A DNA stretch of 52,759 bases from Armatimonadota bacterium (GCA_031400935.1 JANNQV010000050.1:1-52759); one strand, 5' to 3'; counted from the stretch's first letter, positions 19,861 through 29,945 are shown. Program-made: numbers and translations. Notes: a model not told the origin generated them from the letters alone.

Positions 19861-21153
19861 ATGATTTCGGCACTCATTTTGGTCGTTGCTGGCCAGTCAT
19901 CTGTCTTCACTCAAACTATTGATCGTGCCGCCAAAGCAATTGATGCGATGAAATCAGGATCAGTTCATTTAAATTTTGAAACTAGTCTTGACAAAAAAAT
20001 GAGCAAGACATCGGCTTCGATCAGTTTTCAAAGGCCAGAAGTTTTGTTTGTTAGATTGAAAGAACCGATTCAAAGCGACTTTGATGCGACTGACCGCAGC
20101 TACCTGCTTCAAGGAAACTCTCTAGTTGCATTCGATCACAGATGGAATGAAGTTCTAAGGCGAAAGAATCTGCCAAAGGGAACGCTATCTGAAAGAGCCG
20201 AATATGCAATTGGTAATCTAGGCGAGCCATTCTCATGTGTTTTTTCAGGAATTGGTTTGAAAAACACTCTATCCCGATTCGCAAAAATGGGCGATTGGTC
20301 ACTGAAGCGAGAAAGAACTGGAAGCTCATTATCGGCTTTCAACCGCCAAAGCAAAGCGCGCTTGCTTCTGACTTTTGATTCTGCAGGGCGATTGACTCGT
20401 GTCGCGCTCAATCAAATTGACTCGTACAGTAATTGGACATATTCCTATGCTTCTAGTGGATCGAATAAGTTATTGATTCCGAATGGTGCAAAGTCCGTAA
20501 CTCAATTCATTGCACGACCCGCTCCGCCAAAATTTGAAGATTCGTCAGCAAAACAGATTTTCCAAGAATCAGTTCGGACGTATGACCGGCTCCGGTCCTA
20601 TCAATTGAGAATTGAAGGAACTGCTGGGAACTCGCGGCTCTGGGTTTCGGGACGAAACCTGCGCGGTGAAGATCAAACGAAAACTTGGAGTTATCGTTCC
20701 CGGAATTGTGCGATTATTGATCGCTCGACCAATCGCTTCTATACAGGAACCGTCTCCTCCGCAGATTTGATTGACGCGCTAGGAAATTTGAAGCTTTCGG
20801 TGGCAAGTTGGCCAAGGTGGGCACTGTTGAACAACAATCCGCTTCAAAATATGTTCAATTCGAGCTTCACAATTCGTTCCTCGGGCAATTTGAAAGTGGA
20901 AGGAATTGATTCGCAAATTCTCCAAGTGTCGAGCCCTCGATGGTCGGGCTCGATTCAAATTGATGTCAAAACCAAACTGCTTGTATCGCTCACGGTCAAA
21001 ACAATTGACTCTACTGGACGGATTATCTCGGTTTCAAATCAGGTTTTAAAATACTCCGGTGTTGGAGCCGCGATTCCGACTTCTGTCTTCCAGTTAGGCC
21101 CGCCGAAGGGAGCAAAAATTGCGACAATTAGGTCGTTGATTAAGAGGAAGTGA
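19861..21153 (+). CDS. Secreted hypothetical protein with possible tandem LolA-like beta domains
   Basis: Signal-like N-terminus and repeated beta-rich units ending in F...PP.GAK. The fold is inferred. Confidence 0.55.
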   Translation: MISALILVVAGQSSVFTQTIDRAAKAIDAMKSGSVHLNFETSLDKKMSKTSASISFQRPEVLFVRLKEPIQSDFDATDRSYLLQGNSLVAFDHRWNEVLRRKNLPKGTLSERAEYAIGNLGEPFSCVFSGIGLKNTLSRFAKMGDWSLKRERTGSSLSAFNRQSKARLLLTFDSAGRLTRVALNQIDSYSNWTYSYASSGSNKLLIPNGAKSVTQFIARPAPPKFEDSSAKQIFQESVRTYDRLRSYQLRIEGTAGNSRLWVSGRNLRGEDQTKTWSYRSRNCAIIDRSTNRFYTGTVSSADLIDALGNLKLSVASWPRWALLNNNPLQNMFNSSFTIRSSGNLKVEGIDSQILQVSSPRWSGSIQIDVKTKLLVSLTVKTIDSTGRIISVSNQVLKYSGVGAAIPTSVFQLGPPKGAKIATIRSLIKRK

Positions 21154-21160
21154 GTGGGCT

Positions 21161-21298
21161 CGTTGGCAAATTGTTGGCAGGTGGATTGCAGGTTGTTGGC
21201 GGTATGCGGTTTGCAGTTGGTGGTAAACGGTTGGCAGAAGTTAGTTAACCAACAACCAATAACCAACAACTAACCGCTTACCGCTTACCGCCAACGCA
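21161..21298. repeat. Degenerate heptamer repeats, inverted arrangement between convergent genes
   Basis: A (G)TTGGCA/TTGTTGG-type run followed by an AACCAAC/TAACCAA/TACCGCT run. Confidence 0.7.
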
Positions 21299-21300
21299 CT

Positions 21301-22569
21301 TTATCCCCCGCTTCTCTGATCCCTCAATTCGGCCCTTCGGAATAGTGCAAGCGCCTTATCAATTGCCGTGTCAGGATCGCCGAATTTCACCAATGGAGCC
21401 TCAACATCGGGGACGATTCCATTTCCTTCAATTCGAACTCCAGCCTTGGTGATGTAATCCGAAAGCGGGTACTGAAGTAGCCAACCAGAACCAACCGGAG
21501 CCATTGTAGATACCAAAACTGCTCCTGCGGATTTGCTGCCGACAACGATTGCCTCTCGGAGGTCTTTCAGAGCCGCCGCTGTAATCTCGGATGCGCTGCC
21601 AGATCCGCCGTTTATGAAGACTGAAATTCGAGCTGTTAGCGGGCCGTCAGTTGGTTTTGAGGAACGCAGCCATCCGCGCTCTGCCCAATCTGCAAGTTTC
21701 GGTAAATCTGTAGGTGAGCCATTGGTTGCCTTGACGAAGTCGCTTGCCAGGCTCTTGGTGACAAACAGCCCAAAGGGCTTGTCGCTAGGTACAAAGTAAC
21801 CCAACAGATGGAGCATGTTAATAACTGCTCCGCCGCCGTTGCTCCTTAAATCAAGAATGACATTCTTCGCTTTTCTAGCCTCAATCATCAGTTCGTTTAC
21901 CTTCGCGCGATTGTAACTAAGGTCGAAAGTAGGAATCTTCAGAAGCGCAGTTTCTTTGTTAACCCAAGTCAAAGTTTCTGGCCGAACGTTGGAAAACTTC
22001 CTTCTCGTTAGAGTCATAGGTTCGACTTTTCCATTCGAGCCGCGCTTGATTTTCAGATTGACTTTTGTTCCTTCATCTCCCAAGATTGTGCTGGTAGACG
22101 TGAGTTTCACGCCTTCAGCTTCAATGATCAGGTCGCCGGGTTGGAGCTTTGCCTCGCTTGCTGCAGAACCGTCGAATACGTTGATGATCAAAAGACCATC
22201 GGCTTGAGGTTGAATCTGAACGCCTATTCCTACAGCTTTTCTTTCGACACGAGCTGTAGCCATTCGAGGAGTCATGATTTGAATATGGCTGATGCCAAAT
22301 TTGCCCATCGCAGATAGAAGGGCATTGCCGAATTCCGTATCCGTCTTGGCGGCGTCAATTTTTTCCTTTTCAGCGGTTACGAATTCGTCCCATTTGCTCA
22401 TGTCAATTCCGGGGACAAACGCTTGATTTCGAATCACACGGGAGATGTTTGCAAGAACCGCTACTTTCGTTTCCTCGGTAATGACGGTTTTGTCTGCTTG
22501 TGAAAAGGCGAGCGATGGCAAAAGAATTACAGTCGCTGTTATGGCAGTCAAAAGGTGTGCGAGCTTCAT
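21301..22569 (-). CDS. S41 C-terminal processing peptidase with PDZ domain
   Basis: Signal peptide, GIGV (PDZ), ILDLRSNGGG, SGSASEI, EGNGIVPD. Confidence 0.9.
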   Translation of the reverse strand: MKLAHLLTAITATVILLPSLAFSQADKTVITEETKVAVLANISRVIRNQAFVPGIDMSKWDEFVTAEKEKIDAAKTDTEFGNALLSAMGKFGISHIQIMTPRMATARVERKAVGIGVQIQPQADGLLIINVFDGSAASEAKLQPGDLIIEAEGVKLTSTSTILGDEGTKVNLKIKRGSNGKVEPMTLTRRKFSNVRPETLTWVNKETALLKIPTFDLSYNRAKVNELMIEARKAKNVILDLRSNGGGAVINMLHLLGYFVPSDKPFGLFVTKSLASDFVKATNGSPTDLPKLADWAERGWLRSSKPTDGPLTARISVFINGGSGSASEITAAALKDLREAIVVGSKSAGAVLVSTMAPVGSGWLLQYPLSDYITKAGVRIEGNGIVPDVEAPLVKFGDPDTAIDKALALFRRAELRDQRSGG

Positions 22570-22749
22570 AGTTCTCTTGATTGTACGAGTTTGGGGGCTT
22601 GTTTGTTCGCTAGAAAATTCAAATGTCGGATGTTCAGCTCGAATAATCAAGGCTTGTAACTTCTTAGGCACAATTTCTTATCGAGAGGTTGGGTTAGCTA
22701 AGCTTTAGGATGTATGGTTTGTAGCGCATTTTGAAATCTGGCCTGACGA

Positions 22750-22858
22750 AGATGTCCGGGGACCGAAATGCGGAGTCTAGGCTGCTGAAATTTAAAAGAT
22801 TGTGATGATCGAACTCCGCGCTCCACTTCATGCCCTAGCTTCCGAACTCCGCGCTCCA
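22750..22858. repeat. GGAGCGCGG-family REP-like repeats
   Basis: cgaactccgcgctcca occurs twice (22810-22825, 22843-22858). ggggaccgaaatgcggag is related to copies near 37855 and 49985. Confidence 0.7.
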
Positions 22859-22859
22859 T

Positions 22860-23663
22860 TCACTTCCGAGCTTCCCAAATTGCTTTCACGCTTGACAATA
22901 GCTCTCTCGCCCGATCTAACGGCCATTGAGTCGCCGAATCGCTCATTGCATTTGCCGGATCGGGATGGACTTCGAGGAAAAGTGCATCAATACCGACTGC
23001 TACGGCTGCTCGTGCTAGAGCGGGAATCGAATCGCGATTCCCTCCACTTGCTCCTCCCGCTGCGCCTGGTCGCTGGGCCGAATGAGTTGCGTCGAAGCAC
23101 ACCGGAACTCCAAAGGAGCGCATGATCTCAAGCCCAGGCATGTCCACAACGAGGGTGTTGTAGCCAAAACTAGTTCCGCGTTCGGTGAGCATGATCCCGT
23201 TTGCATCGAAAGATTTGAGCTTGTCCACAATGTTTTTAGTGTCCCAAGGAGCCAAGAACTGTCCCTTTTTCACGTTGACTGGTTTTCCAGTTGCAGCGCA
23301 GGCTTGTAATAAGTCAGTTTGCCGGCATAGGAAAGCTGGCACTTGAAGGAGGTCAACGGCCTGAGCAACTGAGCTGGCTTGAGAAGCATCATGCACGTCG
23401 GTCGTAGAAGGAACTCCTAGACTTTGTGCAACTTGGGTTATCCATGCACGCGACTCGGTTGGACCTTGACTTCGAGGCGTACCGATTGAAGTTCGATTTG
23501 CTTTATCGAATGAAGCTTTGAAAATGTAATTGAATCCAAAGTCGTTACAAAGCTCAGCCATTGCTTCGCCGACTTGAAGGCATAGTTCGTAGGACTCGGC
23601 GAGACACGGTCCTGCAATAATCGTAAGGCGGTCTGGCCCGATTTCGAGGTCTTTGACCCTCAA
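22860..23663 (-). CDS. kdsA: KDO-8-phosphate synthase
   Basis: IAGPC, KASFDKANRTS, QVPAFLCRQTDL, NVKKGQF, ERG.SFGY, DATHS. Confidence 0.96.
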   Translation of the reverse strand: MRVKDLEIGPDRLTIIAGPCLAESYELCLQVGEAMAELCNDFGFNYIFKASFDKANRTSIGTPRSQGPTESRAWITQVAQSLGVPSTTDVHDASQASSVAQAVDLLQVPAFLCRQTDLLQACAATGKPVNVKKGQFLAPWDTKNIVDKLKSFDANGIMLTERGTSFGYNTLVVDMPGLEIMRSFGVPVCFDATHSAQRPGAAGGASGGNRDSIPALARAAVAVGIDALFLEVHPDPANAMSDSATQWPLDRARELLSSVKAIWEARK

Positions 23664-24142
23664 ATGCGCGCCTTCGCCTTCGGTTTTAGTACCTTATATG
23701 CAACCTGAACAACAACTGTTCTAGGAGGAAAGCAAGCGGTCTTGTTGCATTGCTGATAGAAGACTTTGACAAAAATTGAATTGAGTCCGGGCTTTGTTGA
23801 GGCTTGAAAAGTAATTGGAATTTCAACCTTGCCTTCGTATGCAAGCGTTTTTTCACCCAAAAAGTCAATTTCCACTCCCTTGGGGTAGGTCACCCTAAAC
23901 TTAGATGCTGGCAAATTCGAATCAATCTTGACCGGAAGTTCGTGGTTGTGCATTGGAGGATTTGCATAAGCGTGCATTTCATATCCGAATTCTATGGTCA
24001 CATTTGCCTTAACCATCGCATTTGGAGCGATGGCTTTGCTAATCAAATTCACTGAAATCTTGGGCTCTTCAGGCTCCTGAAAGAGTGCTCCATTCGCAAT
24101 CAAACTTGCAGCAACAATTGAAATCAAGATTGGAATTTTCAT
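23660..24142 (-). CDS. Secreted DsbD N-terminal-domain protein
   Basis: H.YANPP, YP.G, YEG.V and YQQCNKTACFPP. ATGA overlap with the sdhB stop. Confidence 0.8.
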   Translation of the reverse strand: MKIPILISIVAASLIANGALFQEPEEPKISVNLISKAIAPNAMVKANVTIEFGYEMHAYANPPMHNHELPVKIDSNLPASKFRVTYPKGVEIDFLGEKTLAYEGKVEIPITFQASTKPGLNSIFVKVFYQQCNKTACFPPRTVVVQVAYKVLKPKAKARI

Positions 24143-24915
24143 GATAAGTGTCCTAGCCATTTTCGTAAACGATAGACGGTCGTGTCGCGGTTGAGTTCCG
24201 CAATCGCTTCTGTCAGCGGAATTCCTTTAGGGCAAACTTTGACACAATTTTGTGCGTTTCCACAATTTGTAATTCCGTCTTCGCTGGAAAGATACTCGAG
24301 CCGGTCGTTTTTAAGGTTTTTTCCTATGGGATGTAGGTTGAACAGCAGCGATTGCCCGATAGCGGCTGGACCGACGAACGTAGTTTTGTCGCTAACTTGC
24401 GGGCAGGCTTCCAAACAACATCCGCATGTCATGCATTTGGAAAGGGCATAGCGAATATGGCGAATCGAATCGTCTTGGGGCTGAGCCATTCCGAGGTCAA
24501 ATGAGCCATCAATGGGTACCCAACCTTGAATTTTTTTCAGTGCTTCAAACATCCGGCTTCGATCAACTATTAAGTCTCGAACGAGTGGAAATTTGGTCAT
24601 TGGAGCCAGACTGAGTTCGTAGAAATCGCCGTTCAACTTGCCGACTTCCTCGATAAGCGCAGTGCATGCCTGCCGAACACCGCCATTGATGAGCATAGAG
24701 CAGGAACCGCATACTTCTTCAAGGCAGGCTGCTTCCCAAGCTGGCGGTTCGGCCGTCTTGCCTTTCGAGTTGATTGGATTCTTTTGAATTGCAATGAGTG
24801 CCGAAATGACATTCATCTTTTCTTGATAAGGAACCTCAAATTCCTCCCAATATTTGGAGGAATTCTGGTTTTTCTGGCAAAGGATATTGAGACGAACCTT
24901 TGTTGGCGAGTTCAT
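24139..24915 (-). CDS. sdhB: Succinate dehydrogenase/fumarate reductase iron-sulfur subunit
   Basis: CLEEVCGSC, CMTCGCCLEACP and CGNAQNCVKVCP cluster motifs (Bacillus-type). Confidence 0.93.
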   Translation of the reverse strand: MNSPTKVRLNILCQKNQNSSKYWEEFEVPYQEKMNVISALIAIQKNPINSKGKTAEPPAWEAACLEEVCGSCSMLINGGVRQACTALIEEVGKLNGDFYELSLAPMTKFPLVRDLIVDRSRMFEALKKIQGWVPIDGSFDLGMAQPQDDSIRHIRYALSKCMTCGCCLEACPQVSDKTTFVGPAAIGQSLLFNLHPIGKNLKNDRLEYLSSEDGITNCGNAQNCVKVCPKGIPLTEAIAELNRDTTVYRLRKWLGHLS

Positions 24916-25047
24916 GTCTGTACGGAATTGTACTTGGGAAAGGTGTGGGGATGGGGATGCAGAGATGTCAAGCCGCATCGAACTTCTTTTCAGACTTGCT
25001 TGAATTAACGGATTCCAAGTATCCTCGCAATCAAACCACAGGAATAT

Positions 25048-26466
25048 ATGGAAACCAAACGAAGACTAGCTGCGATTCTATTTGCCGATATTGTTGGCTA
25101 TACGAATCAGTCACATAAGGATGAGACGAAGGCTCTGGCAGTAAGAAAGTGGGTCAACAACATCGTTCGTGAGCGTGGATTGATTCGAGGCGGGCGAGTT
25201 GTCAAAAGCCTTGGCGATGGTTCACTCCTTGAATTCTCAAGCGCTGTGGAAGCCGTATCATGCGCAATTGAAATTCAAGAGCAGGTTCATTTGGGAATGG
25301 GCGGCGATGTTCCTGGCGACCAGATTCAGGTTCGGATTGGAATTCATGTGGGCGATGTAGTTGAGGAAGATGGCGATGTACTAGGCGACGCTGTGAACAT
25401 TGCTTCCCGAGTACAAGGGACCGCTTTGCCAGGTGGCATTTGCATCACGCGAGAGGTATATACGCACATTCGTCCGATCTTGCGACTGAGATGCAAACGG
25501 ATTCCGACCACCGAAAGAGACCGCTTGCCAGATTCTGTAGAGGTCCTAGCCATTGATGAAAAAGAAGGGGCGACTTCGGTCACTCTCCAGGCCGTAAAGC
25601 GTAACAATACAAGTTCAAAGGTTCCAATTCTTGTTACAAGCGCAGCAGTTCTGGGATTGATCGGATTGGCGTTTGCCATGGGATGGGTTCAAATTCCAGT
25701 TCGCCCAGGCCAGCCCGTCGTTAATTCTAACCCGAATCCGACTCAGGCAACGGCGAACCCATCGGGAGTTCATCCCGGTGTAACGCAAGAAACGAAGGTT
25801 GTTACGGAAGATGTTCCGTTTGAAACAAAGAGAATCGTTGATGCGAGTTTGAAAGCTGGAGAATCGAAGGTGCTTGTGCTAGGCGTAACGGGAAAACGCG
25901 AAGTAACTTACGAGTTGATCTTTAGAGATGGAAAAGAGATCGGCCGAGGAAAGAAATCTGAGACGCTCCTGGTTGCACCGACAGCAGAAGTACTTGCTGT
26001 TTCAAGCTCTATACAACCATCTATTTCGTATCCAGACTCTGTACCGGAGATAAAGGCCCCGATTCCGCCAAATGCTACGGAAGCAAGAACGACGCGAATT
26101 GAAACAAGGGACGTAATAATTCCATTCCGAACCCAAATGATCGTTGATCAACAACTGGACACTGGTAAGAGGGAAGTCGTCCAGAACGGTCAAACTGGCA
26201 TTCGTCGAGTAACTGTGCAACTTACCATTGCCGGTGGAAGAGGAACCAATCGTAAAACGCTATCAACTGAAATTGTACAGCAACCTGTTGACCAAATTGT
26301 TAAAATTGGAAAGCGAAAAAATGCTCCTGAAGCACCTCCTGCTCAAGAACCGCCCGTTGAGCATCCTTCATGGTTCTGCCCAGAATGCGGAGTGCGTTGG
26401 CCGGGTTCAAAGGCTACTTGCCCCAATGATGGTACAAAACGCCCACCAACCACCAACAACGAATAA
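25048..26466 (+). CDS. Class III adenylate cyclase fused to a TM segment, two G5 domains and a C-terminal Cys4 zinc ribbon
   Basis: FADIVGYT, VKSLGDG, RIGIHVGDV, GDAVNIASR; TM at about aa 193-213; two G5-like repeats (VPF.T...D..L..G...V...G..G); CPEC...CPNDG. Confidence 0.85.
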   Translation: METKRRLAAILFADIVGYTNQSHKDETKALAVRKWVNNIVRERGLIRGGRVVKSLGDGSLLEFSSAVEAVSCAIEIQEQVHLGMGGDVPGDQIQVRIGIHVGDVVEEDGDVLGDAVNIASRVQGTALPGGICITREVYTHIRPILRLRCKRIPTTERDRLPDSVEVLAIDEKEGATSVTLQAVKRNNTSSKVPILVTSAAVLGLIGLAFAMGWVQIPVRPGQPVVNSNPNPTQATANPSGVHPGVTQETKVVTEDVPFETKRIVDASLKAGESKVLVLGVTGKREVTYELIFRDGKEIGRGKKSETLLVAPTAEVLAVSSSIQPSISYPDSVPEIKAPIPPNATEARTTRIETRDVIIPFRTQMIVDQQLDTGKREVVQNGQTGIRRVTVQLTIAGGRGTNRKTLSTEIVQQPVDQIVKIGKRKNAPEAPPAQEPPVEHPSWFCPECGVRWPGSKATCPNDGTKRPPTTNNE

Positions 26467-26494
26467 CCAACAACCAAAAACCAATAACCAATTC
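26446..26494 (+). repeat. Heptamer tandem repeat (AACCAAC/TAACCAA)
   Basis: ccaaccaccaacaacgaataaccaacaaccaaaaaccaataaccaa, overlapping the cyclase stop. Confidence 0.7.
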
Positions 26495-26674
26495 CCAATC
26501 AGGTATCGTTAATGGTTCGCTGCGGCGGCAAATCTATTTGGAGGTCTCGAATATATGGAAAACCAAACTCACAAAACTGTCTTGAGGTCCTCCGCGCTAT
26601 TGCGCTAACATTGCATTTTTTGCTTTGTTCCAACGGCTAGAGGATTCTCTCTCGCCAATTTTCACGACATTGTC

Positions 26675-27754
26675 GTGTCTTTATCAACGGAACAAAATGA
26701 ATTGAACAAAATTACATCAAACAAACTTGCAAATCAGCTCTCACACCTTTCAGCGGAGCAGCTTGAAAATCTCATCAAACAAGCCACTTATCTTCGAAAG
26801 AAAGCCGGAAAATCATCCGGCACACTCGACGAGTGGATTCTACGTGCTTACCGGCGCGAGGAGCGGACGCTTCAACGCGCGACAGACATCCAAGGTGGAA
26901 CGATTCTCAGCGTTTGGACCCGCGAAGCCCTAGTCGAGACCGCTGTCGAGAATGTCAAAGCGCGAATTGGAAATCATCAGGTCGTTGTCGGTGATAAGGT
27001 TTCGGTAGGGCTGTTGGAGGCAGAACCAGCCATTCTTGCCGTCCAATCTCGGCGCACAAAGCTATCCCGGCCCGACGTGCACAGTAAGAACCAGGAACAG
27101 CTTATCGTCGCTAATGTGGATAGCGTCGTGATTGTAGTATCGGTTGTCAGCCCTCCTCTTCATCCGAGGCTGATTGACCGCTACCTCGTTGCAATTCAGA
27201 ACGGAGGAGCGATTCCGGTGATCTGCGTGAACAAGATCGACCTTTTGGAAGTTTCGAGGGAACTTGACAAACTCAATCCATATCTTGAAATCGGCCTTCC
27301 TGTATTCCTTTGTTCAACGCTGGACGGGACAGGAATCGTAGAACTTCGCGAGCACTTGAAAGGGCAGACCGTTGCCTTCGTCGGCCATTCGGGAGTAGGG
27401 AAGTCCTCACTTGCGAACGCCTTTGCTCCGGAACTTGGGCTGAAGATCGGCGACGTAAGCGAAGGTTATGGCCGCGGAACTCATACGACCACGACAAGCT
27501 CCCTTCATCGGCTGGCAAATGGAACGACGCTGATAGACACGCCAGGCATCCGCAGCTTTGGAATCTGGGATTCTTCGCAAGAAGACCTAGTCGCTTCGTT
27601 CCCCGAATTTGCCAAGCTTGAATGCAGATTCAATGATTGCAAACATGTCTCCGAACCGGGATGCGGAGTTTTGCATGCCTTGAAAGCTGGCACGGTTTCC
27701 GAGGAACGGTATGGCGCGTATCGAAGAATGATGGAGGAGACTACTAGTTCTTGA
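26675..27754 (+). CDS. rsgA: Ribosome small subunit-dependent GTPase A
   Basis: ANVD, NKID, GHSGVGKSS, GRGTHTTT, DTPGIR and CRFNDCKH..EPGC. Confidence 0.95.
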   Translation: MSLSTEQNELNKITSNKLANQLSHLSAEQLENLIKQATYLRKKAGKSSGTLDEWILRAYRREERTLQRATDIQGGTILSVWTREALVETAVENVKARIGNHQVVVGDKVSVGLLEAEPAILAVQSRRTKLSRPDVHSKNQEQLIVANVDSVVIVVSVVSPPLHPRLIDRYLVAIQNGGAIPVICVNKIDLLEVSRELDKLNPYLEIGLPVFLCSTLDGTGIVELREHLKGQTVAFVGHSGVGKSSLANAFAPELGLKIGDVSEGYGRGTHTTTTSSLHRLANGTTLIDTPGIRSFGIWDSSQEDLVASFPEFAKLECRFNDCKHVSEPGCGVLHALKAGTVSEERYGAYRRMMEETTSS

Positions 27755-28349
27755 CAAGACATGCATTGATCATTTTCCACCGCCCCCGAATCCTTTCAAT
27801 TTCCCCATACAGATTCTTCCCAGGACAGTCGGTTTGTTTGGAGAAGTCCATATGAGTTTGGATGTTTTCAGGAATTACGTTGAACCGAACGGCAAGCCAG
27901 AACACCGTTCGGTTCAACTCTATGATTTGCGCTCCCGTAGGTTCTTCGATCTGGAAATTGCCTTCTAAACAAATGAGAATGTGCTCGGTCGGGTCGTACT
28001 CGGTATTCGTGTCGCCGACCACGCTCATGTCGCGACATTCGGCAAGCTCGCCGGCCCAAGAGATGTACCAATGATAGGGAATATCCGGCCAAGCAGGCTT
28101 GGTTTGTCCGCTTGCCAGCTTGTCCTCTCGTTGAGAAAAGGTTTGAAGGGCCTTTAGTTTGTCAACAAAAGAGCGGTTTCGGTTTGTTGGAACACCAGCG
28201 TGGTGGATGGTGATTTTGTTTGGATTGTGCGCTTTGAACGGGGCGATGATGGGTTTTGCTCCCCAATCAGCTCTCGTCAAAAACGATGGAGGATCAAAAA
28301 ATCCCGCTTGGGCCGCTAATAGAGAAAAGGGAATAGCAAGAGAGAGCAT
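27744..28349 (-). CDS. N-acetylmuramoyl-L-alanine amidase (PGRP/Amidase_2 family)
   Basis: RADWGA, ITIHH, WPDIPYH, ICLEGNF and H.D....T.CPG.NLY. Confidence 0.88.
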   Translation of the reverse strand: MLSLAIPFSLLAAQAGFFDPPSFLTRADWGAKPIIAPFKAHNPNKITIHHAGVPTNRNRSFVDKLKALQTFSQREDKLASGQTKPAWPDIPYHWYISWAGELAECRDMSVVGDTNTEYDPTEHILICLEGNFQIEEPTGAQIIELNRTVFWLAVRFNVIPENIQTHMDFSKQTDCPGKNLYGEIERIRGRWKMINACLVKN

Positions 28350-28465
28350 TAGCCGAATGATGACCGATTCTACGCAGAAGGAAGTGCTTCCTCTTTATCC
28401 CATAGCCATTCACTTAAGAACGTTTGGTCACTTATTGTCAGCGTTTCTGGCGATTCCAACTTGAA

Positions 28466-28535
28466 TTTCACGCAGAGGTCGCGGAGGTACGCAGAAAGAA
28501 CTCCGCGAACATTTGTCGAAGACCCCGCGTGAGAT
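28466..28535. repeat. CACGCAGAG-type degenerate nonamer repeat, inverted
   Basis: ttcacgcagaggtcgcggaggtacgcaga...ctccgcg...ccccgcgtgaga. Confidence 0.5.
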
Positions 28536-28604
28536 TCGATCCCTTTAGTAGATTGTGTACTTCCAACATTGCGCGAAAAGCCTTAATTGAATGGACATGC
28601 CCCT

Positions 28605-28802
28605 TTATCCGCCGTACAGGTCTTTCTCGTTCGATTGTTCCCGTTCCGTGGCTTTGGCACCCACATCTTTCGCTTCATCAATCGATTCTTTGATTATCCC
28701 CTTTTCACTAGGATTGCCAACCATGACTGCTTGGTCTTTGCCGCAACCCAATAGAACGGATAGGACCATGCAAAGTGCAAACCATTTCCAAATCGATTTC
28801 AT
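28605..28802 (-). CDS. Small lipoprotein (65 aa)
   Basis: MKSIWKWFALCMVLSVLLGC lipobox. This is the likely real 3' part of track ORF 28605..29507; the rest is antisense to the M42 gene. Confidence 0.7.
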   Translation of the reverse strand: MKSIWKWFALCMVLSVLLGCGKDQAVMVGNPSEKGIIKESIDEAKDVGAKATEREQSNEKDLYGG

Positions 28803-28880
28803 ATTTGAGTTGTTCCATATTCTCCTTTTTGGGTGAAAGTAGGTAAATCTTCCAACGTTGTTGAAAGGTAAAACGAATCC

Positions 28881-29945
28881 ATGAATCTCCCTCTCCTGAA
28901 ACAACTCACCGAAGCTCACGGCGTCCCCGGCCAAGAAGACGCGATTCGCGACATTGTTCGATCTGCCCTGAAGGGACATTGCGAATTTGAAACCGACCTC
29001 TTGGGGAACCTCACTTGCTATCGCGCAGGAAGAGGGACAAAGGAACAGGGAAAGGGTCCGAAAAAGCTGATGATCGCCGCCCACATGGACGAAATCGGTT
29101 TCATTGTCAAGTACATTGACGACAAAGGTTTCTTGAGATTGCAACCGCTCGGAGGTTGGGACCCAAGGCAAATGGCAAGCCAACGAGTCAAAGTCCATGT
29201 CCAAAAAGGGCAATTGAATGGTGTGCTCATGGCGGGACAGAAGCCAAAGCACCTCCTGACACCCGATGAAATGAACAAGCCCGTAACGACTGACAGCTAT
29301 TTTGTGGATTGCGGCCTTTCGGGTGAGGAGGCAAAAGATCAAGTTCGAATCGGCGATATGGTTACCATGGATCGCACATTTCAGACCATGGGCAAATTGG
29401 CAACATGTAAATGTATGGATGACAGGGTCGCGCTCTATGTGATGATCGAGGCTATGAAAGCCGCGCCTGCTCATGAAGTTGATGTTTATGGGGTAGCGAC
29501 CGTTCAAGAAGAAATCGGCCTTCGAGGGGCGTCAGCGGCAGGTTCTCGAATTGCGCCAGACATTTGCATCGCGATTGACATTACGCTTGCAAACGACATT
29601 CCAGGCCTCACAGAAGTTGACTACATTACAAAACTTGGCGAGGGAACAGCGATAAAGGTGATGGATAGCTCGCTGATTTGCCATCCAAAGGTCGTTGACC
29701 ATTTCCGAACTTTGGCGATAAAGAACAACATCAAATATCAGATGGAAGTGCTTCCTTTTGGCGGAACCGATGCTGGAGGAGTGCAAAGGCTCCACGGCGG
29801 CATTCCGGCGTTCACGCTCTCAATTCCGACTCGGTATGTGCATACGGTCAATGAAACGGTTCATGTGGACGACGTGGATGCTTCCGTCGCTCTGTTGTCT
29901 AAGTACATCGAAGACGCACATGACGGGGATTATTCGTATCGGTAG
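28881..29945 (+). CDS. M42 family aminopeptidase
   Basis: AAHMDEIG, MDDR, QEEIGLRGA, GGTDAG, IPTRYVHT. Confidence 0.93.
   Translation: MNLPLLKQLTEAHGVPGQEDAIRDIVRSALKGHCEFETDLLGNLTCYRAGRGTKEQGKGPKKLMIAAHMDEIGFIVKYIDDKGFLRLQPLGGWDPRQMASQRVKVHVQKGQLNGVLMAGQKPKHLLTPDEMNKPVTTDSYFVDCGLSGEEAKDQVRIGDMVTMDRTFQTMGKLATCKCMDDRVALYVMIEAMKAAPAHEVDVYGVATVQEEIGLRGASAAGSRIAPDICIAIDITLANDIPGLTEVDYITKLGEGTAIKVMDSSLICHPKVVDHFRTLAIKNNIKYQMEVLPFGGTDAGGVQRLHGGIPAFTLSIPTRYVHTVNETVHVDDVDASVALLSKYIEDAHDGDYSYR

Noticed and set aside
28803..29507. 300-aa minus-strand ORF 28605..29507
   Set aside because: It is mostly the antisense shadow of the M42 peptidase; only the last 65 codons look like a real lipoprotein.
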